This document shows, piece by piece, positions 18,856 to 29,600 of a DNA stretch of 64,000 nt. Each line of letters begins with the position of its first letter. The stretch's first letter is position 1. Below the pieces are notes generated by a model. It worked only from the letters and a program-made list of their open reading frames with translations. It made no database searches and had not been told where the DNA came from. The position numbers and the translations under genes are program-made. The stretch is from an uncultured Chloroflexia bacterium (lineage in GTDB: Bacteria; Chloroflexota; Chloroflexia; QHBQ01; JADMIH01), in the NCBI GenBank assembly GCA_963797095.1, contig CAWCNY010000002.1, forward strand, positions 1,024,001 through 1,088,000, read 5' to 3'.

Positions 18856-19701
18856 ATGCACCTTGGCTCTTTGCCGGGAATTCTACTTGCCCTTGCCTGG
18901 GGGCTGCTGGGCACTGCGCCCGGCCACAACGCAAATATCGCAGGCAATACGGTTGGTGCGAATAGCATCGCCCTTTATTCGATTGTCGCTCAGGCCGAGA
19001 CGCCAACAGTTGAGACGGGAACGACAACGATTACGCCCACCGCTACTCTTGAGATCACGGGCACGGCGGCCAGCACGATAACTCCCACCGGGACGATCAG
19101 CGTTACCGGCACGATCACGAGTGGGGGGACCCTTACTCCGACCGTAGAGGCCCCGACAGTTATACCGCTGCCGACGGCTGTGCCCCAGCAGATACAGCCG
19201 AGCTTGCAGATCAACCCCTTTGACTGGAACTTCCTGACAAGCGCGCCAACGGACCCGACTCCCAAACTTGGTCCTTTCGCATGGATTTTCCTGGTGCTTA
19301 TGTTGGTGCTGGTAGGGGGCGGTATTTACGGCTACAGAGTGTTGCGGCCCAGGTGGAAGAATACGAATACGGTGTGGTATAAGGCGGTTGCCAGGTTTGG
19401 GCAACCTGCTCTCTGGATCGGCGTGCTGGGGCTGGTGTTCCTTTTCTTCAGATTAGTAGAGCTGGACTTCTTCAACAAACGGCTGTGGCTCTACCTGGAT
19501 GGAGGGGCGCTGCTGGGGCTGATCGTGTGGTTCTTCTACTGGTATCGCAACTCATACCCGCAGGAGATAGCGAAGTTCCAGAAGACACAGAAAGCCAAGC
19601 AGTATATGCCGTCGGGGACGAAAGGCCCTGTGCGTAGCACGACCGGGCCAAGCTCACCGGTTGCCCAGAAGCGGGGCAGCAAGAACCGCCGGAAGAAGTA
19701 A
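18856..19701 (+). CDS. Hypothetical membrane protein with Thr-rich extracellular region
   Basis: GGAGG RBS, signal-like N-terminus, T/P linker, three TM segments, basic tail. Confidence 0.75.
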   Translation: MHLGSLPGILLALAWGLLGTAPGHNANIAGNTVGANSIALYSIVAQAETPTVETGTTTITPTATLEITGTAASTITPTGTISVTGTITSGGTLTPTVEAPTVIPLPTAVPQQIQPSLQINPFDWNFLTSAPTDPTPKLGPFAWIFLVLMLVLVGGGIYGYRVLRPRWKNTNTVWYKAVARFGQPALWIGVLGLVFLFFRLVELDFFNKRLWLYLDGGALLGLIVWFFYWYRNSYPQEIAKFQKTQKAKQYMPSGTKGPVRSTTGPSSPVAQKRGSKNRRKK

Positions 19702-19860
19702 GGCTTAGTAGAAGATACGCAAGTTGCTAACGATGCCCGCCATTGGCGGGCATCAATCTTGATGATATGTAGTAAGGGAGAGCCGCGCAACTTTTCCACC
19801 CGGCTCTCCGTCATAGTAATATAAACATGGACGCAATGACGACCAGGAGGGAAGATACAC

Positions 19861-21219
19861 ATGCTCACTACTTTACACAAGACTACTGAATTCAAGAGAC
19901 GGGCGCGAGGTTTTCTCCACGCCTCCTGGGCTGCTTGCGTTGTTCTGCTTGCTCTGGCGCTGGCACTTTCAGCTTGCGATTTCAGTCCGACACCTACACC
20001 CATTACCGGACCAACCTCGACGCCTGTGGCTACGGCGACTGCTGAGGGGCCTACTTCTACGCCGACCGGTGCGCCTACAGCAACGGCCACGCCTTTGCCG
20101 CCGAGCGCGACGCCCACGATTATGCCGTCGCCTACGCCCTCGCCAAGTCCCACTGAAGTGCCTTTGCCTACGTATACGTGGCAGCCGCTTGGTGTTCCGG
20201 AGGGTACGAACCTGCGCGATATCGCTTTGCTACCCGGAGGGAAGAATATAGTGCTGGTAGGGTCGGCATCGGGCGTGTGGCGGAGCGAGTACGATTATTC
20301 GAACTGGCAGAAATTGGATGTGCCGATACCGAGCAACCCACGTCCAGGCAATGTAGAGGTGGCTATAGGCAGCGCGGATGTGTTTTATGTAACGGCGCAC
20401 ACCGCATGCGCCAGCGGTCTGCCGATCAATAGTTTCCGCTCGACAGATGGAGGCCAGACCTGGGAGAAGATGTCTGTGCAGTTGTTGGATATGTACGCGC
20501 CCAATGCCACTCTAGCATACGGAACCGTTTGTGGAGGCGTATTGAAGAGCACAAATTCGGGAGCTACATGGTCGGATGTGCTGCCTGGGTCGCCCGTGGA
20601 TAATGGCGATCCGTATGCGGTTACAGGAAGCCCCGACGCCCAGTCGGTATACGTGGCGTATGCCAGCGAGGGTGGCACGGGTACGGTCAAGCGCAGCACT
20701 GACGGCGGTGGTAGCTGGACCGATGTGACCCCCAGGAACGTGCCGCCGGATGGGCTGCTGCATGCCACCGTGCAGATGATGTTCGTGCCAGGATCGGTCG
20801 GGAGGCCGGACGATGGCGGGCTATATATGGCGAACGGCCAGGGTACTTTCTTCCTGCCGATTGAGAGCGACGAGTGGCAGGTGCATATCGACACGGCTAA
20901 CGCGGTAGATAATGCAGAGTACTACTTGACGGCGCTGTACGCAGATACGGCTTACAGTGATGATTACGTGAAGCCAGGGCCTGTGTTGTACACGGCACGC
21001 GCCAAGCTGGGAGACCAGGCACTGGAAGGGATCGGTGTGTTCAGATCTATCAACCTGGGCGCGACCTGGCAGATGGTCGGTGATGATATCGGCAAGCGGT
21101 CGGTGCAGGGATTGGCGCTGGCCCCTCATGATACGACCGCCGTGCCCGATATGACGGAGGCGCTGATAGCGACAACATCGGATGGGGTGTGGGGGGTATT
21201 GATGCCGCCTTTGAAGTAG
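19861..21219 (+). CDS. Lipoprotein with BNR/Asp-box beta-propeller
   Basis: Lipobox LSAC, PT linker, repeated RSTDGGxTW motifs. Confidence 0.85.
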   Translation: MLTTLHKTTEFKRRARGFLHASWAACVVLLALALALSACDFSPTPTPITGPTSTPVATATAEGPTSTPTGAPTATATPLPPSATPTIMPSPTPSPSPTEVPLPTYTWQPLGVPEGTNLRDIALLPGGKNIVLVGSASGVWRSEYDYSNWQKLDVPIPSNPRPGNVEVAIGSADVFYVTAHTACASGLPINSFRSTDGGQTWEKMSVQLLDMYAPNATLAYGTVCGGVLKSTNSGATWSDVLPGSPVDNGDPYAVTGSPDAQSVYVAYASEGGTGTVKRSTDGGGSWTDVTPRNVPPDGLLHATVQMMFVPGSVGRPDDGGLYMANGQGTFFLPIESDEWQVHIDTANAVDNAEYYLTALYADTAYSDDYVKPGPVLYTARAKLGDQALEGIGVFRSINLGATWQMVGDDIGKRSVQGLALAPHDTTAVPDMTEALIATTSDGVWGVLMPPLK

Positions 21220-21245
21220 GGGAGTTCGGAGTTCCTGAGTATTGG

Positions 21246-23474
21246 TTAGCGCTTGTAGAGGGTCACTATCCCGTTGGTCCAGGCGTTGTTCTGGGGGGAG
21301 TATCCGGCGGTTGTAGGATCTTGTTTCGACCATAAGAGGGCGTAGTCCGGCAGGTTATTGGGGTCTGCGGGGAGTATGGGTTGGCCGAAGGTGAGCGATG
21401 GATCGCCGTACTCGGTGCGCCCCTCTCGTAGATAATAGCCGAGGGCAGCGGTGTAGCCGCCGCCGATCTTCCCATCTAGTATCGGATCGTCCGCTGGACT
21501 TCCTAAAAGGAGTGACGCACCCGAAGGGATCAGAGCGGGCAGTTGATCCAGGTGCCCAGGGGTTTTGAGTGTATATACCTGGTCGTTGCCGAACTCTTGC
21601 ACCAGCGTGAAGGTGTCGAGCACTCCGCCTTCGGCGTGGGTGGTCCGCCATTTGAAATCGTCCAATTGCGGGCCGCTGAGGTTCTCCAGGTGCACAACCA
21701 CATACTTCACGCCGAGCGCCCACAGGGCGTCTACGCTTCGGGCGCAGGGGAAACAGTCGTCTGTTTCGTGGATAAGGGCCGAATAGGCGAAGGGCCTGAT
21801 CGTGACGCTGCCGTTAACGGTGCGATCCCAGTGATATGTGCTGAAGTACTGGTAGGTGTTGCCCATAACCACATTGAGGTCGCCGGTCTTGTAGTAAACC
21901 ATAGGATACTCGACGATAGCCGCAGGAGGTTGGGCGGCCAGCCAGCGGTAGACCTGGGGCACCGCGCTGCGGGTAGGGATCGGTTCCATGTTGAGGGGGG
22001 CGCTCCAACTCTCGGCCACGGGGATAAGCGCAAGCAATATGGCTAGCGCGGGAACCCAACGGCGGGTGGAGCGTTGTTGGTTCTCGGTCTGGCGCGTTCG
22101 TCTCTCGCCCAGCCAGCGCAATAGAGCCAGCGTGCCGATACCGGCGAGGACCGCCAGGGAGAGCGCGATCAATACCTCAATGCGCGAGACGGTGCGCATA
22201 CTGGTGAAGCCTGGCACAAGGTTGAATAGGAGCAAGTAGGGAAGGGGCATCACGCCATTGATCGCGTTGGGGTCGTAATAGTTGTCGGGATAGGTAAGTT
22301 GGAGGGTTGGCCCCAGAGAGAGCACTACGGATACCAGGGCCACAATCACATAGAATATGGCGTGCTTGCCCAGGCTTAGCGGTGGGCGCTCGTTGGCTTT
22401 ATCGTCCGCTTGCATAGTCGCCGTCGTGGGTTGGCTTGCGCGCCTGCGCCGCCACAGCCAAACGAGGCCGATAATGGTCAGGATCAGCACGCCCAGGCCG
22501 GGGAATGCTGCGTGCTCAAGGGGCCAGGGTCCCTGGTCGGCGAATGGGGCGAGCAGGGTTTTGTAGAGAGGGTTGGCTTTGTACACCGATAGGAAGCTGA
22601 CGATAGCATAGGAGTAGCGCTCGGTCTGGTAAATATCGCGGCTGAAGCCGTACCCTGCCTGCACTTCCCGGTAGGCAAGCGCGATAGGAAGGATCAGGAG
22701 GGCAGACATAACCATCCCGGCCAGGAACCTGATCCAGAATGTGCGGGAGAAGAGCGGGCGTTGGACAATGAAGTAGTAGATTATGAACAGGCCAAGCAAG
22801 ATAGCCGAGTAGTAGGCGAGGTAGTGAGTGGAGAGGGCCTGGAGGGCGAAGAATATACAGAGAGCACCTGCCCAGCGCCATTTGTGCGTCCAGAGCAGCT
22901 TGTAGGCAGACAGGAGGATGAAGGGGAGCCATTCGGCGCTGAGGATGGTGGGGTGGATGAGGTTGTTCAGCATGTAGAAGCTGAACGCGTAGGCTGTGCC
23001 CGCCGCCAATCCTGCCCACCTGCTGCCTGTAAGCTCCCGGACCAGCAGCCACGTGCCGTAACCTCCCAGGATGAAGGCCACAAAGACCACGAAGTTGAGG
23101 CCAAGCACAGGGTTGCCCGTTGCCAGGTAAACGGGCGCTGAGATCACCGATTCGGTAAACGAGATTTCGTTGAAGCCGAGAGTGCCTGAGTACGGGTAGT
23201 TGATGTTGGCTTCCATCAAGCCGAGGGGGTTGGTGGCGAGGGCATGTCCCTGCCAGGCCAGTTCCCAGGTGACGAGTAGAGAGTCGTCTTTGTCGACGAG
23301 ATAGCCGCCCAGGTTGGGGAACATGGGCCAGGTGGCAGCGATGGTGATGAGGGCCATAGCAGCCAGCACGGTGATGTGCGGGAGCAGACGCGCTCCCAGC
23401 ACGCGCGTTTGCGCCAGTTTTGATTCGGTGACTTGTGCCTGGCTCAGTTGGGCAGTGGCGCTTTCGGTAGCCAT
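21246..23474 (-). CDS. Multi-pass membrane glycosyltransferase-like protein (GT-C/YfhO-like)
   Basis: N-terminal TM then DKDD loop, NINYPY, many TM segments, VYRWLA..VEYP..NG C-terminal domain. Confidence 0.7.
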   Translation of the reverse strand: MATESATAQLSQAQVTESKLAQTRVLGARLLPHITVLAAMALITIAATWPMFPNLGGYLVDKDDSLLVTWELAWQGHALATNPLGLMEANINYPYSGTLGFNEISFTESVISAPVYLATGNPVLGLNFVVFVAFILGGYGTWLLVRELTGSRWAGLAAGTAYAFSFYMLNNLIHPTILSAEWLPFILLSAYKLLWTHKWRWAGALCIFFALQALSTHYLAYYSAILLGLFIIYYFIVQRPLFSRTFWIRFLAGMVMSALLILPIALAYREVQAGYGFSRDIYQTERYSYAIVSFLSVYKANPLYKTLLAPFADQGPWPLEHAAFPGLGVLILTIIGLVWLWRRRRASQPTTATMQADDKANERPPLSLGKHAIFYVIVALVSVVLSLGPTLQLTYPDNYYDPNAINGVMPLPYLLLFNLVPGFTSMRTVSRIEVLIALSLAVLAGIGTLALLRWLGERRTRQTENQQRSTRRWVPALAILLALIPVAESWSAPLNMEPIPTRSAVPQVYRWLAAQPPAAIVEYPMVYYKTGDLNVVMGNTYQYFSTYHWDRTVNGSVTIRPFAYSALIHETDDCFPCARSVDALWALGVKYVVVHLENLSGPQLDDFKWRTTHAEGGVLDTFTLVQEFGNDQVYTLKTPGHLDQLPALIPSGASLLLGSPADDPILDGKIGGGYTAALGYYLREGRTEYGDPSLTFGQPILPADPNNLPDYALLWSKQDPTTAGYSPQNNAWTNGIVTLYKR

Positions 23475-23733
23475 TGGTGCCTTTTCCTGTCTTGGGGTTT
23501 GCGGTTGTACTGTACCACAAAAGTTCCTGTGGGGATAACTGCGTTTGCCTCTTGATCTTGTGGAACGAGCTCTTTTATCCGGCTACTGACATCGGAATGT
23601 GTACTCCAGTACAGTCGGTGATCCGGATTTCAGGAGGTTGATAGGAGGATGGTTAAATCTGCCCTCGTTAACTTAAAGGCATTGATGAGGCAAAACGGAA
23701 CAGGTTTCGGGGTGTGCTTAAGTATGGTTTCTA

Positions 23734-24726
23734 TCAGGTGGAGCGGAGGATTATGGAGAGGGCGCCTGCGGCGAAGACTATGGGGACGGCTACGGCGCTT
23801 GCCAGGAGAAAAATGGTGGCGGCGCGCTCACGGCGGCGCACAAGACCTGCGAGCAGGGCGTTCACGAACCAGATGCCGAGGGCGATGGCCGGGAGCCTTA
23901 GAATTTCCTGGAGGTCGCCCACGCGGTCGATCTGGGCTTGCGCACTCCAGTGGAGGGGGAGGATTAGGGGAAGGGCATTGTACATCATACTCAACCAGCC
24001 GAAAAAGAGCATGCAGAGGAGGAGGCCAGCCAGGAGGAGCCATCGCGTGAGGGGGTCGCCCCAGAGGCCAGCGCCCCAGGCCAGCCAGCGGCCGGTAGTG
24101 GTGTTTGGGAGAGGCTCGGCGTGCCCGTTGAGTGTGCGTTCCTCGTTTTCGGCGTCTTTGGAGGCTTTGACGCGTGACCTCAATTCCTCCATGAAAGCGA
24201 GTGTGCGTTGTGGAGAGATACCGAAGGCTATGTCGGGTGTGGAGACGAACACCTGGTCGCTGGCAGGGCGAGTGGCAACCGAAACCACCTCTACGCGACC
24301 CAGTTGCGGGCTGCGGCCGGAGCCTACCAGGTAGCCGGGTATGGTGTCGGCCACCCCGCGCCAGCGCACCTGTATAGGAGCGCCTTCGCGATGCTCTGTG
24401 CCTCCTACTTTTTCGCCGGGGGCATAGACAACTATTACTGAGGAGAGGGGAATGAGATGGCGTGTTGCCCCGTAGCTGAGAGTAAGGTTGCCTCCACCCA
24501 GCCTGTAGGTGATGGTGTTGGCGCACCAGGCAAGGTAGGCCAGAAGCCCGACGAGGATCAGGCTAAGGAATAGAGCCAGCCCATATAGGAAGGTGAAGGG
24601 GCCATAACCTTCCATAGAGGCGCTTTCGGCGAGCATATTCCATAACCAGACCGCCACCGCTATCGTTAGCAGTGGCAGCAGGATAAGTATGAATCTAAAG
24701 GGGGAGGACGCTGGACGCCAGAGCAT
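23734..24726 (-). CDS. Bacterial PH-domain membrane protein with DUF1648-like segment
   Basis: Two TM segments, IPLSSV...GISP PH-like core, ALPLILPLHW..QIDRVG. Confidence 0.7.
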   Translation of the reverse strand: MLWRPASSPFRFILILLPLLTIAVAVWLWNMLAESASMEGYGPFTFLYGLALFLSLILVGLLAYLAWCANTITYRLGGGNLTLSYGATRHLIPLSSVIVVYAPGEKVGGTEHREGAPIQVRWRGVADTIPGYLVGSGRSPQLGRVEVVSVATRPASDQVFVSTPDIAFGISPQRTLAFMEELRSRVKASKDAENEERTLNGHAEPLPNTTTGRWLAWGAGLWGDPLTRWLLLAGLLLCMLFFGWLSMMYNALPLILPLHWSAQAQIDRVGDLQEILRLPAIALGIWFVNALLAGLVRRRERAATIFLLASAVAVPIVFAAGALSIILRST

Positions 24727-24769
24727 TGTGTGAGTTCAAGGTTTAAAATTCAAACCTCAAGTGTTGGGA

Positions 24770-25723
24770 TTATGCGGTGACGGGTTGGCGAGCTTCGACG
24801 TGGACAGGGGTGCACCAGTTGGAGTACTTGGAGACATTGCCCCTTACTACATCGAAGTAGAGTTTCTGGAGGGCGCGACCCACTTCGCCCACTCCACCCG
24901 TGCCGACGGGCCGGTGGTCTACCGAGCCTATCGGCGCGATCTGGGCGCCCGTGCCGCATAGAATTAGCTCGTCACATATATATAGCTCTGTGCGATCGAT
25001 AACGCGCTCGACCACGGGGATGCCGAGGTCTTCGCTGAGGAGGGTCATTATGGTCTGGCGGGTTATCCCCTCGAGAATATTGGAGGTTACAGGTGGTGTG
25101 TAGGCTGTGCCGTTGCGGAACATGAATAGATTTTCGGCGGAGCCTTCGGAAACGTGACCGTCGTTGTCGAGCATGATCCCTTCATCGAAGCCGTTGGTGA
25201 GTGCTTCGGTCTTGGCGAAGGCCGAGTTGACATAAGCGCCGGTAATTTTGCTACGAGCGGGGATCATGTTGTCATCTACGCGCTTCCAGGAGGAGACGCC
25301 TACGTTGAGTGCGCGGTCGATATCAATGTAGTTGCCGAACGGGAGGACGGCCATGTACATATCGTCGCGGAGGTTATGGAGGCGGACGCCTATTGTCTCG
25401 TCGGCTTTGTAGGCCATAGGGCGGATGTAGGAGTCAGTGTGGAGGCCGCTCTGTGTGAGGAGGTCGATCGTAAGCTGCACCAACTCGTCTGCGCTGAGCT
25501 TCAGATCGATCATCATGATATGAGCCGATTGATGGAAGCGTTCGAAGTGCTCATGCGCGCGGAAGATATACAGTTGGCTGTGATCGGGGTTATAATAGGC
25601 TCGTATGCCTTCAAAGCAGCCCGTACCGTAGCTCATAGCATGGGTGAGGATGCCTATTTTGGCTTCGGCCAGTGGTACAATCTTGCCCTGGAAGTAGCAA
25701 AGTAGGGGCAGGTCTGTTTCCAT
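24770..25723 (-). CDS. ilvE: Branched-chain amino acid transaminase
   Basis: YGTGCFEGIRAY, YIRP, KITGAYVNS, EGSAENLF, ILEGITR and CGTGAQI motifs. Confidence 0.95.
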   Translation of the reverse strand: METDLPLLCYFQGKIVPLAEAKIGILTHAMSYGTGCFEGIRAYYNPDHSQLYIFRAHEHFERFHQSAHIMMIDLKLSADELVQLTIDLLTQSGLHTDSYIRPMAYKADETIGVRLHNLRDDMYMAVLPFGNYIDIDRALNVGVSSWKRVDDNMIPARSKITGAYVNSAFAKTEALTNGFDEGIMLDNDGHVSEGSAENLFMFRNGTAYTPPVTSNILEGITRQTIMTLLSEDLGIPVVERVIDRTELYICDELILCGTGAQIAPIGSVDHRPVGTGGVGEVGRALQKLYFDVVRGNVSKYSNWCTPVHVEARQPVTA

Positions 25724-25846
25724 TTTGTTCTCCTGTTTGGTTGAAAATCGGCTCCGGACCGCATTGTTCGGGCCGAGGGCGGCGTATGCAAGGGTGCTTG
25801 CCTACCCGACCGCATTATAACATCGGGGTTGGGTTGGTTCAAGGAG

Positions 25847-25939
25847 GGTAGTCGGTAGTCGGAGGACGCGTGACGAGTGAAGAGTGATAAGGAACCAGGA
25901 ACCAGGAACTATAAATCCGACTACCGACTACCGACTACC
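25847..25939. repeat. Heptamer-built hairpin (GGTAGTC/GACTACC enclosing GGAACCA repeats)
   Basis: Directly visible. Confidence 0.75.
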
Positions 25940-25956
25940 AGCAACAGGAACTTACT

Positions 25957-26583
25957 ATGTATGACATAAGCGTTGCGATCCGGCCTGGGATGCCGGTTTG
26001 GGATAATGAAATGCCTGTGGAGATCGAGCCGATCTCTACAATTCCTCCTGATGTGGCGGCTGTGTCGCGGTTTTGCTGGGGGTCGCACACCGGCACGCAT
26101 GTGGACCCTCCGAAGCATTTTATCGAAGGCGGGGCCGGGGTTGACGAGATGCCGTTGGAGGCGATGATCGGGCCTTGCGTGGTGCGGAGGTTTGACGAGA
26201 GGTATGAGATCACGGCGGAGCAGTTGGAGGCGGCTGGTATCCCTGAGGGTACGGAGCGTTTGTTGCTGGCTACGCCGGGGTCGGAGTTGTGGGAGCGGGA
26301 TGACTTCTCGTTTGATTATACGGGGCTGAGCCTATCGGGGGCGCAGTGGTGCATACGGCGGGGCATCAAGCTGCTAGGGATAGATTATCTCTCAATAGAG
26401 CGGGCCGATGCGCCCACCGCATTTCAAACGCACGTTACGCTGCTGGGAGCGGGCGTGGTGATATTGGAGGGGTTGGACCTGCGCGCCGTGCCTGAGGGAG
26501 AGTACAACCTTGTGTGCCTGCCACTGAAGGTGCAAGGCGGGGATGGCGCGGGAGCGCGGGCTGTGCTAATACCTATGTACTAA
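25957..26583 (+). CDS. Cyclase family protein (kynurenine formamidase-like)
   Basis: HTGTHVDPPKHF, GIDYLSIE, ILEGL and LPLK..GDGA motifs. Confidence 0.92.
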   Translation: MYDISVAIRPGMPVWDNEMPVEIEPISTIPPDVAAVSRFCWGSHTGTHVDPPKHFIEGGAGVDEMPLEAMIGPCVVRRFDERYEITAEQLEAAGIPEGTERLLLATPGSELWERDDFSFDYTGLSLSGAQWCIRRGIKLLGIDYLSIERADAPTAFQTHVTLLGAGVVILEGLDLRAVPEGEYNLVCLPLKVQGGDGAGARAVLIPMY

Positions 26584-26694
26584 CGGTAACCCACACATAT
26601 TATCTATATATCACCATGGCTAACCTTGCTATACTGCAACCGTAGACATTAGGCGTACTGGTATGCGTAGTGGCAAGATTGCGGGGAGATTGTC

Positions 26695-29600
26695 ATGGTG
26701 GAAACGTCCTGGGCGGTGACCAAGGGTAAGGCGCTGGCTTTTGCCGCGCTTTTGTTTGGCTTGTTGGTGTTTGCCGGAGTGGCGGTGGCGAGTATGTCGC
26801 CGAAGGTAGGCTCGCCTTCCGGGGCGGAGGCCCTTGCGTCTCCTACGCCCGCAGGCTGCTCTCGTTTCTGGGATTTGACCGATACGCATATCCCGTCTAC
26901 GGAAGAGAGTATTTTGTATGGTGGTGATGCTCTGGCGGCGAACGATATCTGGGCGGTAGGTTTTGACGTCTATAGTGGACTGATTGAGCACTGGGATGGA
27001 ACTGATTGGAGCATATTAAGCGATTCACAGGTGCTGACTCGTACCATTCTAAATGATGTGGTGGCTATCGCACCTAACGATGTGTGGGCAGTCGGGCACT
27101 ACGACGGCGATGGACCTTACAAGTCGTATATCACTCATTGGGATGGGAGCACATGGAGCGAGGTTCCGAACCCTGGCGCGGTCGATGACTCGGGTTTGTT
27201 CGGTATTGACGCCCTCTCCGCAAATGATATTTGGGCGGTAGGTGCGCGCTGGTTCACGGATAATACAGTAATTGTCCTTCGCTGGGATGGCACGTCATGG
27301 AGCAATGTACCCACTCCTGTGCTGCTTAACTCCGGCAGCCTGTTATTTGCAGTAGACGCATTAGCTCCTGACGATGTATGGGCTGTTGGAGCGCAGAATT
27401 ACAACCAGACGCTGCTGATGCACTGGGATGGCACTGCATGGACGATTATGCCGACGGTACTGAATGCCACTCTCTATGGCGTGAGCGCGCTGGATGAGAA
27501 CGACGCGTGGGCGGTGGGCCATGGCGATACTTCAGGCACAGGACTGATATTGCACTGGGACGGCACCTCTTGGAACGTTTCGGTGAGCGATAGCGGGAGT
27601 TATCGGGACGTGAAAGCCTTTGCGCCTGATAATGTGTTGGTGGCGGCAGAGGATACATATATCAAGCAGTGGGATGGGTAATCCTGGGAAGATATTCCAT
27701 ATCCCTCACCGTATCCTTATAGGGGAACAATTGCTAGCATTGTTGCATTGTCCGCCAGTGACGAATGGCTATTAGGCAGCCAGAACTTCGAGCCAAATGA
27801 CCAGGCTATGGCAATTCATTGCGGCACTTGGTGCCCAACGCCCATAGAGTGTGAAACAGGATGGAATCTAATCGACCATGCTAGCCCTGGCCTGAACGTA
27901 AACACGCTGTTCGGGATCGATGGGGCGGGCGCTGATAATGTTTGGTCGGTGGGGTGGACCGATGAAGGAGGTCAGATACAGCACTGGAATGGCAACTATT
28001 GGAGCGTCGAATCGACGCCACCCCTGACTGCGCCTACGCTTCTAAGAAGTGTTAAGGCGATTTCGTCCAACGATGTATGGGCGGTGGGGTATGGAGCCCA
28101 GTATTATGGAGAAAGCGTTGGAGAGAGCCTGTCGCCTCTGAAATTAAGTACAGCCTCTGCCTCGACCAGTGTATCGAATTGGCTCTCTACAATACATTGG
28201 GATGGCTCAGCATGGAGTGAGATTCCCAATCCAATTGCACCAAATGGAGACCCTAAGTGGTTGCTTGGAGTAGATGGAACTTCATCAACTGACGTGTGGG
28301 CAGTGGGAGGCCGGGTCCCCAACCTCAACGATGAGGTTCTTATTTTGCACTGGGATGGCTCTGCCTGGACGCAAGACTGGGTAGATACGATGGGACTGCT
28401 GTACGGGGTGAGTGCCATATCAGCGAACGATGTATGGGCAGTGGGGAGTACAAGGGTAGAGAATGGCTCGACGTTGATCCTGCACTGGGATGGCACACAG
28501 TGGAGTGTTGTGCCTGGTCCAGGGCCGACGCCGGATGGGGCTGTTCTTGAAGGAATCAGCGCGGTATCGGCCAATGATATTTGGGCTGTAGGTACTTGGC
28601 AACCGCACTATGGTAATCAGCAGCCTCTTATTCTGCACTGGACCGGCAGCCAATGGGGTATCGTGCAAGCGCCAGCTGGTGCAGGAGAGTTGCGAGATGT
28701 ATCGGCAGTTTCGTCCAATGCGGTATGGGCAGTTGGGACGGACTATAGCATGAGTGAGCTATTGCCGCTGGTATTGCATTGGGACGGGAGCGCGTGGAGC
28801 CGTGAGAACACTCCAGAGCCTGACACAAGCGAATTGATAGGCGTATTCGCGTCTTCGAGTAACGAGGTATGGAGTGTAGGGTATACGGACGGATTGTATG
28901 ATGAGGATTCGCTTATCGAGCGGTACGTCGGTAGCTGCGAGACGCCTCTGCCAACGCCGACGCCCACGGTGTGCAGCACGGGGTGGGCGAATTCGGCCAG
29001 CGTCGATTTGAGTTTCGAGGAGAACCAACTGCTCGATGTAGCCGCGGTGGCGGGTGACGATGTGTGGGCGGCGGGGTTCTACAGAGTGGCTGGCTATACC
29101 TACCCGTTGGCGGAGCACTGGGACGGCGCTCAGTGGGGGTTATCGTCCACGGGCGTGATCACGAGCGGGGCCATTACGGCAGTTAAAGCATTTGCGTCAG
29201 ATGACGTGTGGGCTGTTGGATCGGGTAGCACCAACATTATTATGCGCTGGGATGGGGAGCACTGGACACCGGTAGAGGGTCCAACGCTCGAAGGCTACAC
29301 TCACCTGGAAGGCGTAGATGGCCTGGCAAGCAACGACCTGTGGGTGGTTGGAGGCCACAACCCCGGCTCAGGTAACTCGCCTGTGGCGGCGCACTGGGAT
29401 GGCGCGAACTGGACTCAACCGAGCCTGCCGGTCGATAGCACCCTGAACGCGGTGAAGGTGGTAGCTCACAATGATGTGTGGGCGGTTGGCTCAAAGATTG
29501 GTGCCGATGGTAGCCTGATCTTGCACTGGAATGGCGTGCAATGGACTGAGGTGACGGCACCCACGCAGCCCTATGCGGAGTTGTACGATATAGATGGCGT

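Noticed and set aside
23480-23730. Possible riboswitch or DnaA box upstream of the GT-C-like gene
   Set aside because: Only weak hairpins, one mismatched TTATCCCCA and an incomplete GGCAAAC..GCAAA match; no full motif
27679-27681. Stop-codon recoding or alternative genetic code
   Set aside because: TAA terminates ordinary genes here (panC, citrate synthase, rimM); a single instance fits a mutation or error better
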